A stretch of DNA of 61,052 bases, the filler included, from Cladosporium halotolerans (taxonomy: Eukaryota): assembly GCF_011745625.1 (NCBI RefSeq). It is 2 parts of 2 records of this genome, joined end to end, with 100 filler letters (N's around TTAATTAATTAA, not from the genome) between each part and the next. Parts side by side here need not be neighbours in the genome. Positions count along the whole stretch, not along the records: positions 31,053 to 61,052 come from NW_027191530.1; 1 more part is not named here. One strand, given 5' to 3'. A model generated the notes under the pieces. The model saw only the letters and a list, made by a program, of their open reading frames with translations. It searched no databases and was not told the origin of the DNA. Position 1 is the stretch's first letter, and every line of letters begins with the position of its first letter. Of this stretch, positions 47,957 to 60,030 are shown in pieces. Made by a program: the position numbers and the translations under genes.

Positions 47957-48460
47957 CATAGATCAAATTGAAGCCTTAGGCTTCATGAAGTGAATTCTAA
48001 TTGAGGCTGAATTCTGGCGTTCTTAGTGAATATGATGTCACGATCGATGAAGTGAAGCATGCTTCATGAAGCCTCAAAATGAGGTTTGGGGTAAAAAGGG
48101 TTAGCTCCAAGAGCCGGAAAATTCGTGGCTTTTCTGATGGAACAGCCCCAATTTCGTTGACCTTCAATCATCGGTAGCTCCTCTAAGTGGGCGGCTGGAC
48201 TGGAGTCCCGCGAGACCCTCTTCCGACCGGGCTAGACCCTGGATCAAGGGTCTCTCACTACTCGCGGGCCGTAGCTCGACAATGCTCACTTCCTTTCACA
48301 ACTACTGCCGATACAGCCAGGGTGATCCGATGCTAGTCCCAATACGGCAATCGCGACAATTATTGAATCCGCTCCATGAAGCTGAATTCCAAACGGCCGT
48401 TTATGAAGTGAAGCTGAATTCTTGCAAAAACAAGTGAATCTAGGCTTCAGTTAATATATG
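47957..48460. mobile_element. hAT-type MITE (504 bp) with an 8-bp TSD CCCGCTTT
   Basis: CCCGCTTT at 47949-47956 and 48461-48468; imperfect TIRs CATAGATCAAATTGAAGCC and (reverse complement) CATATATTAACTGAAGCC; subterminal repeats ATGAAGTGAA and GCTGAATTC at both ends. Confidence 0.8.
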
Positions 48461-49032
48461 CCCGCTTTCGCGTTGCCAGGTTCTGATTAGTTGAGAATGG
48501 ATGTGGAGGAGGATGCGGTTGCGCATGGTAAATTTAGTGTGAGAGACTGCGAGAGTTCTCATTCGCCGAAAGCTTCACCGGGGCGATGGACGCTTTCGGC
48601 CAAATGCGATGCCTCCCGTACCAACGTGCATGGCCAAGCATCCTCGAAAACCCGACTGTCACATGCATCCGCTATTGACTAATTGCAGCATTCCTATCGA
48701 CTATGAGCTGCATTAACGCGTGAGGCCTGCAAGCTCTCCGTGCTCCCCACCGCTGCTGATTGCCCGGTCTACATGACGTGGTTCCACTAAAGGCAGATCT
48801 GGGGCACCCACTCGCGGTGGTGCATTTGGGGTTACCTTTGCCCAAATGAACTCCTATCTACATATATCGCATTGTACGCTGACTTTGTTTTTGTATTTTG
48901 TCCTTCGGATGAGCTCATTACCAGGTGATCTTGTCCCCCACAGTCACTTGTGTTCCAAGCCGCCCGTTACTGTGTTAGACCTTTTCCCCCGGATCGGGCA
49001 TTACTCAAGCAAATTGCCTGTCTTGGCTCAAA

Positions 49033-50349
49033 CGATGACAACTATGGACGGCTTGCAAGAACGGTTTCGATCCATCGGATTGACAGATACGCGTCCCTCA
49101 CCATCAGATCAAGTTTCTTTACAGCAACGAAGAGCGGTTTCGACACCTGTGCCGCGCTATCTATTTCGTGTATTCACTCGGCATTCTGACGGTAGCACTG
49201 ATAAAAACTGGGTCAAATCCAAAGACTTTGTCGCTGGGTTGGCTTCAGCGACACAGGATGTATCCGAGAGTACGACACCGCAAGATACTGCAAAGAACAT
49301 TTGGGGTCACTTGAAGTGGATGGGTTTTGCAAACGACAATCTCATGTCGTGGACAAGCTCTCTACTGTTCGCGATTCAATACATCTTCTACAGACATGCG
49401 GACACTAGAGACAGATCTGGTTTCCGGGACATCAATATTCTCGTTGTGGATACGAATGGCTTTCCTGAAGGTGCCTTCATTCGCGACATCGACCTTATCA
49501 ACGCATTCTCCATACAGGACGAAAATCTGGCAAATTTCGAACGACTCCGCAGTTCGAGATTCTATTTCGGCGAATATCTCTCCCAGGGAGCTCTTGATAT
49601 TCGCGGAAGATCAGAAGTCGTGTCTGCACAGGATATGTTCGATGCCGGTCTCTTGGAGCTGCGTGACGAGTTTCAGCAATCGTACGCGACTTCTAAGTGG
49701 GAGTGGGCAAACAAAGTTCTCGAGCTGCGTGAAGCGTACACGCCAAGGGATGTACTGCAGAATGTTTCTCCGCAACAGATCCAGGTTGCATGCACAGTTG
49801 GTCGTCTTTTTGGCCGGAAATTTTGTCTTCCGATCGGCTTTCACCTCACTGCAATCTGCTCGGGATGTCTGAAGGTTGAAATTGTGGCACCAGCTTTCGA
49901 GAACGAGTCTTTCACTGGTGAGATACCATCACATCTGCTGTCTGAACGAGTCTTGTTAGGATTGATTCATTCTTCTGACAGACGATGAACGAAAGGCTTG
50001 TGAAGTAGGCTCAAGCGAGATGATGGAGATCTCCACGCTGCCAGAACTTGTGAGAGCACGTCTCACTGCCGACATTATTTATGCGTCGTACTGCCAGAGT
50101 AAGCTGAAAGGTCTGTGGCAGCCAAAACGGAGCTTCTCGAGTCCTGCTGACTTCCAAGCAGCTTCGCTTGAAGAGGCTGAGGCCAACTTGCTCAGAGCTC
50201 GCAAATATACCGAAGCATTGGAAGTGCGTAAAGACGAGCTACAACAATACCAATATAGTCAAGCACTAGAACGAGCGGAGGGTCTATCTCTTTTGAGTAA
50301 GAACCTTGAGTTACTGATAGCCAACCAACTCGAGATCATCCAGTATTAA
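49033..50349 (+). CDS. Hypothetical protein with an ADP-ribosyltransferase-like R-S-E motif pattern (spliced C-terminus)
   Basis: VPRYLFRVF...HLKW...NLMSWTSSLLFAIQY...YFGEYLSQG; probable introns after ~49917 and ~50110; start uncertain. Confidence 0.55.
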
Positions 50350-50639
50350 AAGCTGTCAAAAGGATCGGGCACCTCACTTCTATTCAAAAATCTTGTGGAC
50401 TTGTTCCGTTGACTGTGAATGTCATGCACCCGCTTCCAAAGGCAGTCGCTGTCTTCCGAACAGGATAGTATAAGTGTGGCGTACAGGCAAGGGATTAAGC
50501 GTCACCCACTCCCCCTCCGTCGAATTCGGCGGCCCGTGCACCCTATACACTATCATGGAATCCGCCCCGGATTCTTTGAAGGATTATGGATAGGATTAAG
50601 CATAGGATACCTAACTAGAAAAGTGTTCTAGATTGGATC

Positions 50640-51516
50640 TCTACCCCTAAGCTTCGTATCGTGCCGAACTGTTACATCATTTATCGACTAGTATCTGCTC
50701 TACTTTATTCACACAAAGACTATCTATCTCTATTAGAATCTCGTTGACATGTTTGTAGCTCGAATTCTAGCATTTGCTAATGATAATGTCAATGCCTATA
50801 GCGTGGCATAGATCGAGAGGATACTGCCCTTTACGGTATCTAGCTTGAATCAAATCCTATTGAAAATGTTCGTAAAGATCTAGAAAAGGTGGATGCCCGT
50901 GCCAGAGATGGTATAAAAGTGTACCTAGCGCGAAGATATCTGTTCTCCTTGAAAATTCATCTTCTCCTACAAATGGATATCGCGACTTGGCATTTTCTAA
51001 AAACATACTCTCCAATTCAACGCTACCGTCGTCTCGAGATAATTGGCCTTAGATGTCTCTAATCTTCGCAATCATTTGGGAAGTTACAAAGACGTTGCGG
51101 ATATAGAGGTCGTAGTGGATGTAATTTTGCTTATGGAGGTATAGTAGACTACGGACAATTTGCTTTCCAAGACGGGATTTTTCGCTATCGGTCAAAGCAG
51201 TGAGACCTCTAGTAACATAGTCGAGCCGTCCTTGTTCGCAGTATTCAAGTAGTAGGCCGTCCTCAATGAACTTCTTTATAAACAACAAGGTTCTCGTGTG
51301 AACCTAGACGGATATAACGTATAGCTTCTTTATATAGACAATGTATACTTATCTCTATCTTATTGCGTAGGTACTTTAGTATAGTTTGACTATCTACCCA
51401 TCTCACCCATCTCGCCCATCTCACCCATCTCACCTATTTCACCCATCTCACCCATCTCACCCATATCGCTCATCTCACCCACACTTCGAAAGCCTTGGAA
51501 ATTCTAGTCGACCATT
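50640..51516 (-). pseudogene. RIP-mutated protein kinase
   Basis: LLLEYCEQGRL...YIHYDLYIRNVFVT..AKIRD kinase remnants; many TAG/TAA codons and a TpA excess. Confidence 0.75.
51397..51481. repeat. Minisatellite (CCCATCTCA)x~9.5
   Basis: Directly visible 9-bp tandem repeat inside the 5' part of the kinase pseudogene. Confidence 0.9.
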
Positions 51517-51530
51517 GTTAGACTAGCGAG

Positions 51531-52456
51531 ATGACAACCGTCACGCTTATCAAATCCGATGGCGATACCCGCGTCGGAAGAGCTGTCACTAAAAAGACAT
51601 TACCGGCATACTTCACCTCCAACCTCAAAATAATATTTGCTCTCAGAGAAACCAGTCGTGGATATTTGGCGAAAGAAAATGGATCCAAGGCGAAAGCTAC
51701 TGCGCGGAGGTGGATTTGCAGAGCACGAGTGTTGGGTGTCTGATCAGATTTATAATAGCATATCCACCAACTGTGTGGGAAGGAGGGCGAACAATGCGAG
51801 ATGGGGATTTCGCGCGCCTGTTAACAGCGTGTAAGCCAGAGCCTGAGCTCATGGCAGCACCTTTCTTCCATCTTGTCCAAAAAGAGCTCGCAGATCCAAA
51901 GCTCAGCGGGCAACAACGCTGCAAGCATCTACTGCGTGGTATGCGTTCAATTCTTCGAGTTGCAACCTAGACGCTGACTGGCTTAGTCCTTGATCGCTGC
52001 GATGAAGACCAAATGAATGCTCCGTCAGCTGTAGAGACTGCTTTGGGCCAAACAGAGTCTGGTCTGCAAACTGAGTCCCTCCAGGACCAAACGACTGTTC
52101 CTTCAGCTTCAGAGACTGTTTTTGGCCAAACAAAATCGAATTTGCAAGGTGAGCCTCTCCATTGCGTACAGCTCATGACGTTTCGGCTGACAATACCCTA
52201 TAAGATCTAATAGGCAATCGCAGTTATGCGGATTTTACAGGCGCCGATAATTCAAGGGTCGACTCCATAAGAGACATTCTGTTTGAAGGGTTACAGGCAT
52301 CTAAAGTGTGGAGAAGCGAAAGAGGTTCATTCACGGACGGGGTGCGCGTTCTGATACCCATGAATCCATCTCGGGATGACGGGGTGGTGATGATTTCTGT
52401 GGAATCGGGCGACGCATGGAAGATCATGAGCAGACTTCGTCTCATCTCTAATTGAT
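51531..52456 (+). pseudogene. Decayed hypothetical gene
   Basis: Successive protein-like segments (LIRFIIAYPPTVWEGG..., intron at ~52149-52204, ...TDGVRVLIP...DGVVMISV) broken by stops and frameshifts. Confidence 0.3.
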
Positions 52457-55198
52457 TGAATTAAGAGAATCATATTCCATAAATCAAACTATCTTTCGCA
52501 GTGGGCCTCGTCACCTGACCAGATCTGTCAGTTAAGTCTGGAAATTTACGAGGGAAGCTCTCCCGAATTCTCGAGCCCCCACCACACCTTGTCCTCCGCA
52601 TGACACATTCATAACAACCGTCTTCGCTCTCTCTTGTCTCACCGAAAAATTCTCTATTCTTTGCATGTGATGATTATTCCTCTTACCAAGCCTGGACACG
52701 ACGCTGAAGCACGCACACAGCACGCAGTTTGCGGCTGGACAAATCTATCCTCACGAGGTCGACACTCAATCCCATCTGAAATGAGTGAGCAGGCGCTCAA
52801 CGGAACTCTGACTTTCATCAATGCACACATCTTCGAGATCGCCGAAGATATGAGAGTGACAGCTGTAGGAAAGGGCGGCTCATCCTCTGTTGCTACGAAG
52901 ACGAACGCCGGACTCTGGGAGCAAGTGGAGCAACCTCGTGACGCAGAGGAGCTAAGCATCACCGTTGGTCCTGGAGAACAAGTCTATGCCGTGAAAGTTG
53001 GCTCAAGTTCGAAAAAATTACGAAAACTTGAACAAAGGATATAGGAGGCTTAAACTGGCACTACGCCTGTTTGCGAACAAGGGCATGTACTGTCAACGGT
53101 GCAAACAGAAGAGAAGGTTTTAGACTGGGGGCTTGAAGCGGACGTTGACAGAAGACTTATGACACTTGGAGAGGTGGTGTCAAGAGACCAGAATTGGTCG
53201 AGGGTCTCAGCGATGAGGAAGAAGGTAGGGAAGGTAAGGGTGACGAAGTTAGGGGTGGGGTGTTGGAGTATGGCGCAGGTAACATGGGAGATGAGCACGT
53301 TACAAAACAGCAAGGCGGTGATGGGATTTGGAGAAGATGGGAAAGAGGAGGACGGAGACAAAGATAAGTACTTGAATGAAGTGCTAGGAAGAGGGAAAGG
53401 AAATCGCAAGAAGCAGGGTTGCCTCAAGCATGATCATCCGTGAGGGAAGACAAACCAGCAGGAGATGGAGAACGTCATCAGGACCACGAGAGGTTTGCTC
53501 GTCGTTGTGCGAGCACAGCCCTATGCGATGTGCGGTGGAGAAAGTTCGAGCGAAAGCCGCTCTAACTGGGTACATACTGATACCACCCTGCGTCACGCGT
53601 CACTAAGCGCGGCGTAATCTTGCTTTCAGCGAACGAACCGTGCATCACGAAGATGTTGCGGCCTTGCAGAAAGCCGTACTCGAAGCGTAGTGTCGTCATA
53701 TCCGTACCCCTGGCCGGCTGCGCTCCGGTAAAGTGCATACAGAGCAATCGTAGCTCGTGGAAGCGATGCACCTTCCTCAGAGACCTTTGCACGTGCAGCG
53801 TAGCTCAAATCTCTTACACCGCATTTTGCTACCGTCCTCGTCGGAAAGTATCCGTTTCAGCTTGCACTTCCGACCTAATGATCATTGATGTGCAGACTTT
53901 CGTCGACTGACGATTAGCCTGCGGCGCTTCGCCGTTCAGACGAACGCGTATTCACATCAGTGTCATGTTTGCGATTTCTGCCCTCTACGCTCTACGGTTT
54001 CATTTCGGCTCAAAAGCAAAGAATCTCACATATCATCGAAACGCTTTCTGGTGTCTCTTTTCACAGTCCAAGGCTGTTAGCGTCCTCACCACGATGTACA
54101 GCGCGTATTGTCAGCAACCCGAAATGCCGATGCACTGACCATCAATCCAGAAAGATGGTCTGTGCACCCGCTCTGGAAGGTTGGCAATCTGTCAAGGAAA
54201 CAAATGTGGGCTCCCACTGCGCCGGGGTCCCATGATCATCCGTCCCATTGACCTGTCGAAGCCCTTCTTACCGCAAGAGTCTTACGTCGCTCCCATAATA
54301 TAAACCTTGGAGCCGAATGAAGGTGTTTACGTCTGCCGATTCAACGAGCATATCCGGGAAGCACTGACGTGCGACTTGCAAGTGTAGCACGGAAGAAGCG
54401 GAGACCCTCGAGAAGAGACCACTCGAAATCATGAGATGACAGAGCAGAAAATGCGGTCTGCAATGACTTCGAGAATGGAGCGACTTTGGCAAGATACCCT
54501 GCTCCAGAGGAGGATGACGCTGCTGTGAGATGAATGAACAGAAGTCTATATGGAAGGAGATTGACGTGTATCAAACACGGAACTGTTCGAGGAAGGCGCA
54601 TGATTTCAAAACAAAGAAGGGAAGTCACCGCCTGAATACTTGCTATATCATGACAAGGTCGAGCGACGATCACGCGATTTGCAATGCATCATAGCGTTGC
54701 AATAGCTCAGGACACTGCGAGCAGTACGATTCATGAGATAACGACTAACTTAGTATTCACCAATCTGTACATACCACTTTGTACCTGCGCTGCTGTAAAT
54801 CACTAATGCAAATCACTGATGCAGGAGGGAAAAGTATAGTCGTTTCCTTAGAGGTGTCGTTTCCTTGCCAGATTGCTAGACTTCCAGTGCACAGATCATC
54901 TTCCCGGATTGATGATCTGTGCGTCAGAATCTCGAGAGAGCCGAACTTTGGACAAACCGATCGCCTTCGTAATAAAACCCACACAATCGACTATGGCCAC
55001 CATAGCAAGCAAGGGGGTACGTGTAGCGGACGGTCGCTCATATGGTCGAGCTACCATCCTGGAGCATATAATCTGTAGAGCTGAGACACGGCCTCGGTGC
55101 GAGGACTTGCAGTCTGGATGAAGGCGGGAGGTGAATTGCCGCGCAGCTCAGGTAGCCACACCCCTTCCTTGAGTGATGACCGACTGACCATCATACTG

Positions 55199-55431
55199 TC
55201 GTCACGAGGCATGCACATACCCCCAAAAGCGAGGTGTCACCGGGTCAAGGGACGCCAGCGTTCCTTGAACCGGGTGGTGACGGCTTCCGATCGAACCGAC
55301 GGGAACTTTGCTCTTACACCTGACGGGTTTGATTGCAGATTCCATCGCTTGAGGTCGAACTACGTGGATTCGTGGAAGGACCTAAGGGGATGTTGGTTGT
55401 GCCACCGCAGGCGTAGGCAGTCGGCTGCCAC
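55199..55431. repeat. Dispersed repeat, copy 2 (see 40930-41188)
   Basis: Same-orientation similarity with an identical terminal 33-mer. Confidence 0.8.
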
Positions 55432-55865
55432 AACGCATGGATTCGCTCTTGCCACAGCATTATGAAAAGGTCACCAGGCTTGCTTAAAGTCGTTTCTCGG
55501 GGAGACTTTTTACGAGTCCCCCTCCATGTTCTCCTTAATTTCGTTTCTTGTCCCGATATTCGTCGACGACATGAATATTGTAGAAATTCACCCGGTCAAT
55601 GAGCCTACCGATACCGCTTGTGTCATCACCTTCCCCAGATGACCATGAGGTGCGACCGTCGTAGTCTTAAAGGCAAGAAATAGTCGCCTCGCAAGCCGTT
55701 TCATACAGATATTTGAAGCTTACTCGCTGCAATTGCGTCATTGAGCGCATTCGAAGAATAGTCCACATTGGGTCGCGGTTTACAATGCCAACGTCGTCGA
55801 GGGAGATTTGCTGCAGGGTGCTCTCGTGCTGATCCAGAAGCGCCACAAAGTTTCTGGCGAGCCTC

Positions 55866-56686
55866 TCAAGTGCTCAAACTCGACAGTGAAAAGGGGCAAT
55901 GGCTCGAGGGCTTTGACGACAATCGACAATGGCTCTGCATCGTAACCCCAGAAGGATCTCTCCTAAAAAGAAGAGAGATCGATTTCAGACTCCTCGGTTT
56001 GCTCATAGCCCTGGAGAAATGAAAGCTATACATTCCGTCCCCTGTACTGGGGAATGACGATGCTGGTTCACAAATGTCCTCCAAAGTGAGAGAATCCCAC
56101 GGAAACTCAGCATCTGCTGTTGCAATCACAAGTCGATGGCTTGCCAAATCGCAGAGATCGTGCCGGTTAGCATGGTCTCTTCTCCGGGCTCGTGGCTGTC
56201 GTTCTGTCTCCACCGTTTCATGTATGCCTGAAAACCGTACGGTCGACCCTCGCATGGGTTGGAGGAAAATTTCACCGAAATCTTCGGTTTGATATTTTTC
56301 CGCTTCAGGCAAAGAAAGATATTGCGCAGAGTGATGTCGTCTTCTTTCATGGCTTGAGAATCCAGTATCCACGCTTCCCAATCGATGTTGCCTGGAGGAC
56401 CATACCTACGCTTGTACGGGTCCTCGACATAGACTCCACTGTCCGGCTGTACTATTACGGTTTTCTTTAGACGATTCGTCGGAAGCGGAGATTCGCAAAT
56501 GTCTAGCAGTCAGTCCAAACTTGTGGACGTGAAAAGGTGTGCTCTTGTGCTGAAGTGAGTCTTGAGAAAGGAGTGCTCTGATGCTTGTTGATATTGCTTG
56601 CTTGCCGATCGGACGGAAAGCAGAGTCCCTGGGTCAAGGAATGTTGCAATATATGCGATGAGCTCAGTCGGGATAAATGGCGGCAT
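55866..56686 (-). pseudogene. F-box gene remnant
   Basis: MPPFIPTELIAYIATFLDPGTLLSVRSASK is an F-box motif; stop at 56510-56512 and a broken downstream frame. Confidence 0.55.
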
Positions 56687-57189
56687 TGAAGAAAGAGGGA
56701 GAACCGATACGCTGTTGTTGTAAATATGTGTCCTTGTCAAGCAGTAACCGTAGTATCCAGACTGCGCTTAGAATGGGCTGGGATCGCTAGAGTTGAGCTA
56801 AAGGAAAGATGTTGTACTAGTACGGTAAAGACAGACTTCATGAGTTTGTCGGGAGCGGGGGAACAGGCATGATCTATAGATGCGCCGAGTTGCAGCAGCC
56901 GAACAGCTCACTCTTCAGCTCGGGGCAGTGCTATGCTTAGACTCCAGACCAATTCTTGCCTCGTGTGTCTGCACCATTCGACGCAGAATGTGGGAGAGCC
57001 CGCATTCGAGATTATTGGACCTGGGTGCCTGGCAGCAAGACCCGCTTGCCTCTGCTTTTGGGTGATTGGTTAGCTCATAATCCTGCAAACACCAAATGGG
57101 ATCTCCCTCACCGGTGAGGCATGTCAGCAGCCAAGACGGAATACTAATCCGGTAACCTTGCATCTGCTGAGGCTGAAAGGCTACATCAC

Positions 57190-57870
57190 TTACCTCAAGG
57201 AGGTTCCCTTGAGCCAATTACAAAGATGTGCCACCCAGACAGCCTCCTTGTTGGTCAACTCAGACTTGTGAAAATCAATGATGAGAACTCGATTCAGCTC
57301 CGAGTTCCACAGCGTATTCGGACGCCGGAAATCACCGTGACGAACACCAAGCTCGCGGATCTTGGCATGTGACTTCTTCACGGCGTTAAGCTTATCCTGC
57401 CATTGCGGTTGCGTAAGTGGCTCTCCAGCCCACGCCATCAGCAGCATATGCTATGTTTCGAGGGCGCCATGGAGGAAGTAACTCTGTGCCAAGTTGATCA
57501 ATCCAAGGAACACTGTACCGGCAGACCCCTGTGCGCTGCGAAGAGTCTCGTAAAGTTGCCGCTCGCCAGAGACAGTGTCCCACAGCTTCGAGGTGGTCCC
57601 TTTCCCGATAAATGTATACCCGTGAGACTCACAGCCGAGCTTGAACGGGGCCCCGGTCGCGCCACAGTCGCCCAATGGTTCACAGTGATGGACCACGTCG
57701 TTGTCAAGCTGCTGCTTCAGGATGTGTACCATCTCGACAGCGGTCATCAAGTGTTTGTCCGTCTCTTGACCTTTGCGGCGATACGAGACGTTCGGGCAAG
57801 CATCATCCCGCGGAATATTTCGTTGCAGCCCGAGCAAGCATTTTTGAGTGCAGAACAGTGACTCGTTGTG
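57190..57870 (-). pseudogene. Spok (spore killer)-like C-terminal fragment: cysteine cluster + kinase-like domain
   Basis: FCTQKCLLGL..DDACPNV, CEPLG..GATGAPFKL..HGYTFIGKGT, QGSAG.VFLG.INL, LHGALET*HMLLMAWAG (in-frame TAG at 57451-57453), GVRHGDFRRPNTLWNSELNRVLIIDF. Confidence 0.75.
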
Positions 57871-58075
57871 TTTTCTTTGGTACCCAGGGCCCACTTGCGA
57901 TGAGATAGGACGATGAACTTGAGCCTGCTGAACCCAACTGGATTCTCGGGCATCGATCCAATCAACTACGATAGCGATGCCCACGTTGATAAAAAGCATC
58001 TACATTCCTTCCGGATAACATCTATTCAAATCAGAACCCAATGCAATAACCCCACTAAATGTAAGAAAAGACTGC

Positions 58076-60030
58076 TCAGATTGAAGCGCCAGCTCCAATT
58101 ACCTTTTCACATGTCAAAAGGAGTCTGTGCTTTCCATTGTAGCAGACAATGCGACCAAAATCCGAGCTGTGATTGAAGAAGATTTCTTCACTTTGATTGT
58201 ATCCCAGACATTTGACATCGACCGTACATGTATCGTGAGTCAATTCTGACTTTTCCTCCTGATTTTCCACACGGATTCGATAGCACTCGGTCCCATTGAA
58301 CGATCTTGATATATCTCTGGAACAATCGCTCGACCATGTGAATTGTAGGTCTATAGCCGAAGTTTGCACACGTATACAGTCTCCTTGTTCTAGATCCTTG
58401 CAAATCTGCTCCCCCTGCTTGAGGAAGCTCCAGTATGTCTCATGGGCGCTCTCAACTGATACCGACACGGCTGAGGACGATATAACTGTTCGTGGGGTTG
58501 TGGTCGAATTTCTATCGCACAACATGTATCCGTTGTCGGGCTCGGTTGGCGGCAAAGCTTCATCGGCAAGCAGAGAGAGTGGTGCCGCTGGGTGCTGCGG
58601 TACGATAGTTGAATGAGATGACCAGGGTTCATATAGGGCGACAACACTCTCATTCGGTGGTGCATAGTGACCGACCTCCCCCTTCAGTACTTTTAACGTT
58701 ATTTCTTCCGCAGCCCGGTTAAATCGATGCAAAGTAGGGAGCAGCCTTTGGATCGTCTCTGGATTCAGACAAGACTGTGGTGGCAATGTCCACCTGTCGT
58801 AAATCTTGCCATGAGTTCGCGGTACAATAAACTTCCCATGAGTCTTGAGAAACAAATTGCACAGATAGCAAGCGCTCTTGCTCGCACAAATAACCCGAGG
58901 AAGAGGTTGGCGAGGTCTTTGCTCGTAAAAGCACAAGATCTGGATCTCTGCGTGAACCTTCCACGTTGTGAGCCGGCTGAGAACGCGGCTGTGGTACTTC
59001 GCTCTTGTCTTCTGATACAAGAGCTTCGACTGATCGTGAAAATCTTTGCCCACACTTCTCGACCAAACAGCTTCGAAATTCCGCAGGGCATCGGTAAGTA
59101 GGCCGTTGTCCAGAAGTAAGTTTGGGGGTTCGATTGAACGAACAGTGATGCGTTTGAAAAGCAGATGTCTTGTTGTTCTTGCAGCGTTGGCCAAACCAGC
59201 CGCAATGCCGCGATAATGACCCAATTTTTCGATTGCTTTGGGAAGGTAGCCTTCTAGACTTGAGTCCGCAAGACGTGACTGCTTCAAGACTGTGACCAGA
59301 GTTCGTACGTCAAAGTGATATGCCAGTGATTGGATCTCCTTCAGGTGCCGGATCAACGTGTCCGTATCTGTACTGTTTTCCAGTTTCTCGAATGTGTCCT
59401 TGAGCTCATCACATTGGTTATACATCTTGACCATTCCCGCAATACCGCTCCGAGTGCTGGCTGAAGGCTCGAGTCTGGATGGTGACACCGCTCCCACGAG
59501 GAGCAGCGGCATTTCTTGTTTCTTTTTAGTTCTCTGGGTTTTAGCGGCATGCTTAGACCTCAGCCTGGAAAGTATACGGGAGAGGCACATCTGTGTGATC
59601 TGCTCGAATAGCAGTTCGTCCGCCGTATCTCGCGAAATGGCTTCATTCAACATTAGCGTGGAGCCTCATTATCCAGAGCCACCCAGAACAAACCATGTTT
59701 TGAAGCTCCCATCATTATATCAGCAACGACCTGAAGTTCTTGCTCTGTATGTGACAAGCAATCAGTATTGGCAGCAACTCGGAGAGTTATCCCTGCTCTG
59801 TCCTGATCTGCTTCTATACAGACTGATGTCACTCTGTTTGGATCATCTTTCGTCGATGATATGAAAGCAAAGTAATCAGCAAGTTGCATTTCACGGCTCA
59901 AAGTTAAAGAGCTATCGCCGTCTTCAGCGTTATGCACACTATTGCGCGGGGTATCCGGTTGCTCTTTCAAGCAGAAAAGCAACGCCGCATTTTCGGCAGC
60001 ACAACACCTGGCTTGCGTATATTCGTCCAT
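58076..60030 (-). CDS. OTT_1508-like nucleic-acid deaminase (2 exons)
   Basis: Exon 1 has LTLSREMQLADYFAFIS..VTSVCIE; intron 59693-59641; exon 2 has the Zn-deaminase signature KVHAEIQIL..RVICASKSACYLC (HxE...CxxC) and THGKIYDRWTLP. Confidence 0.82.

Noticed and set aside
52634..55121. Short ORFs on both strands
   Set aside because: Possibly decayed genes, but no family could be recognised.
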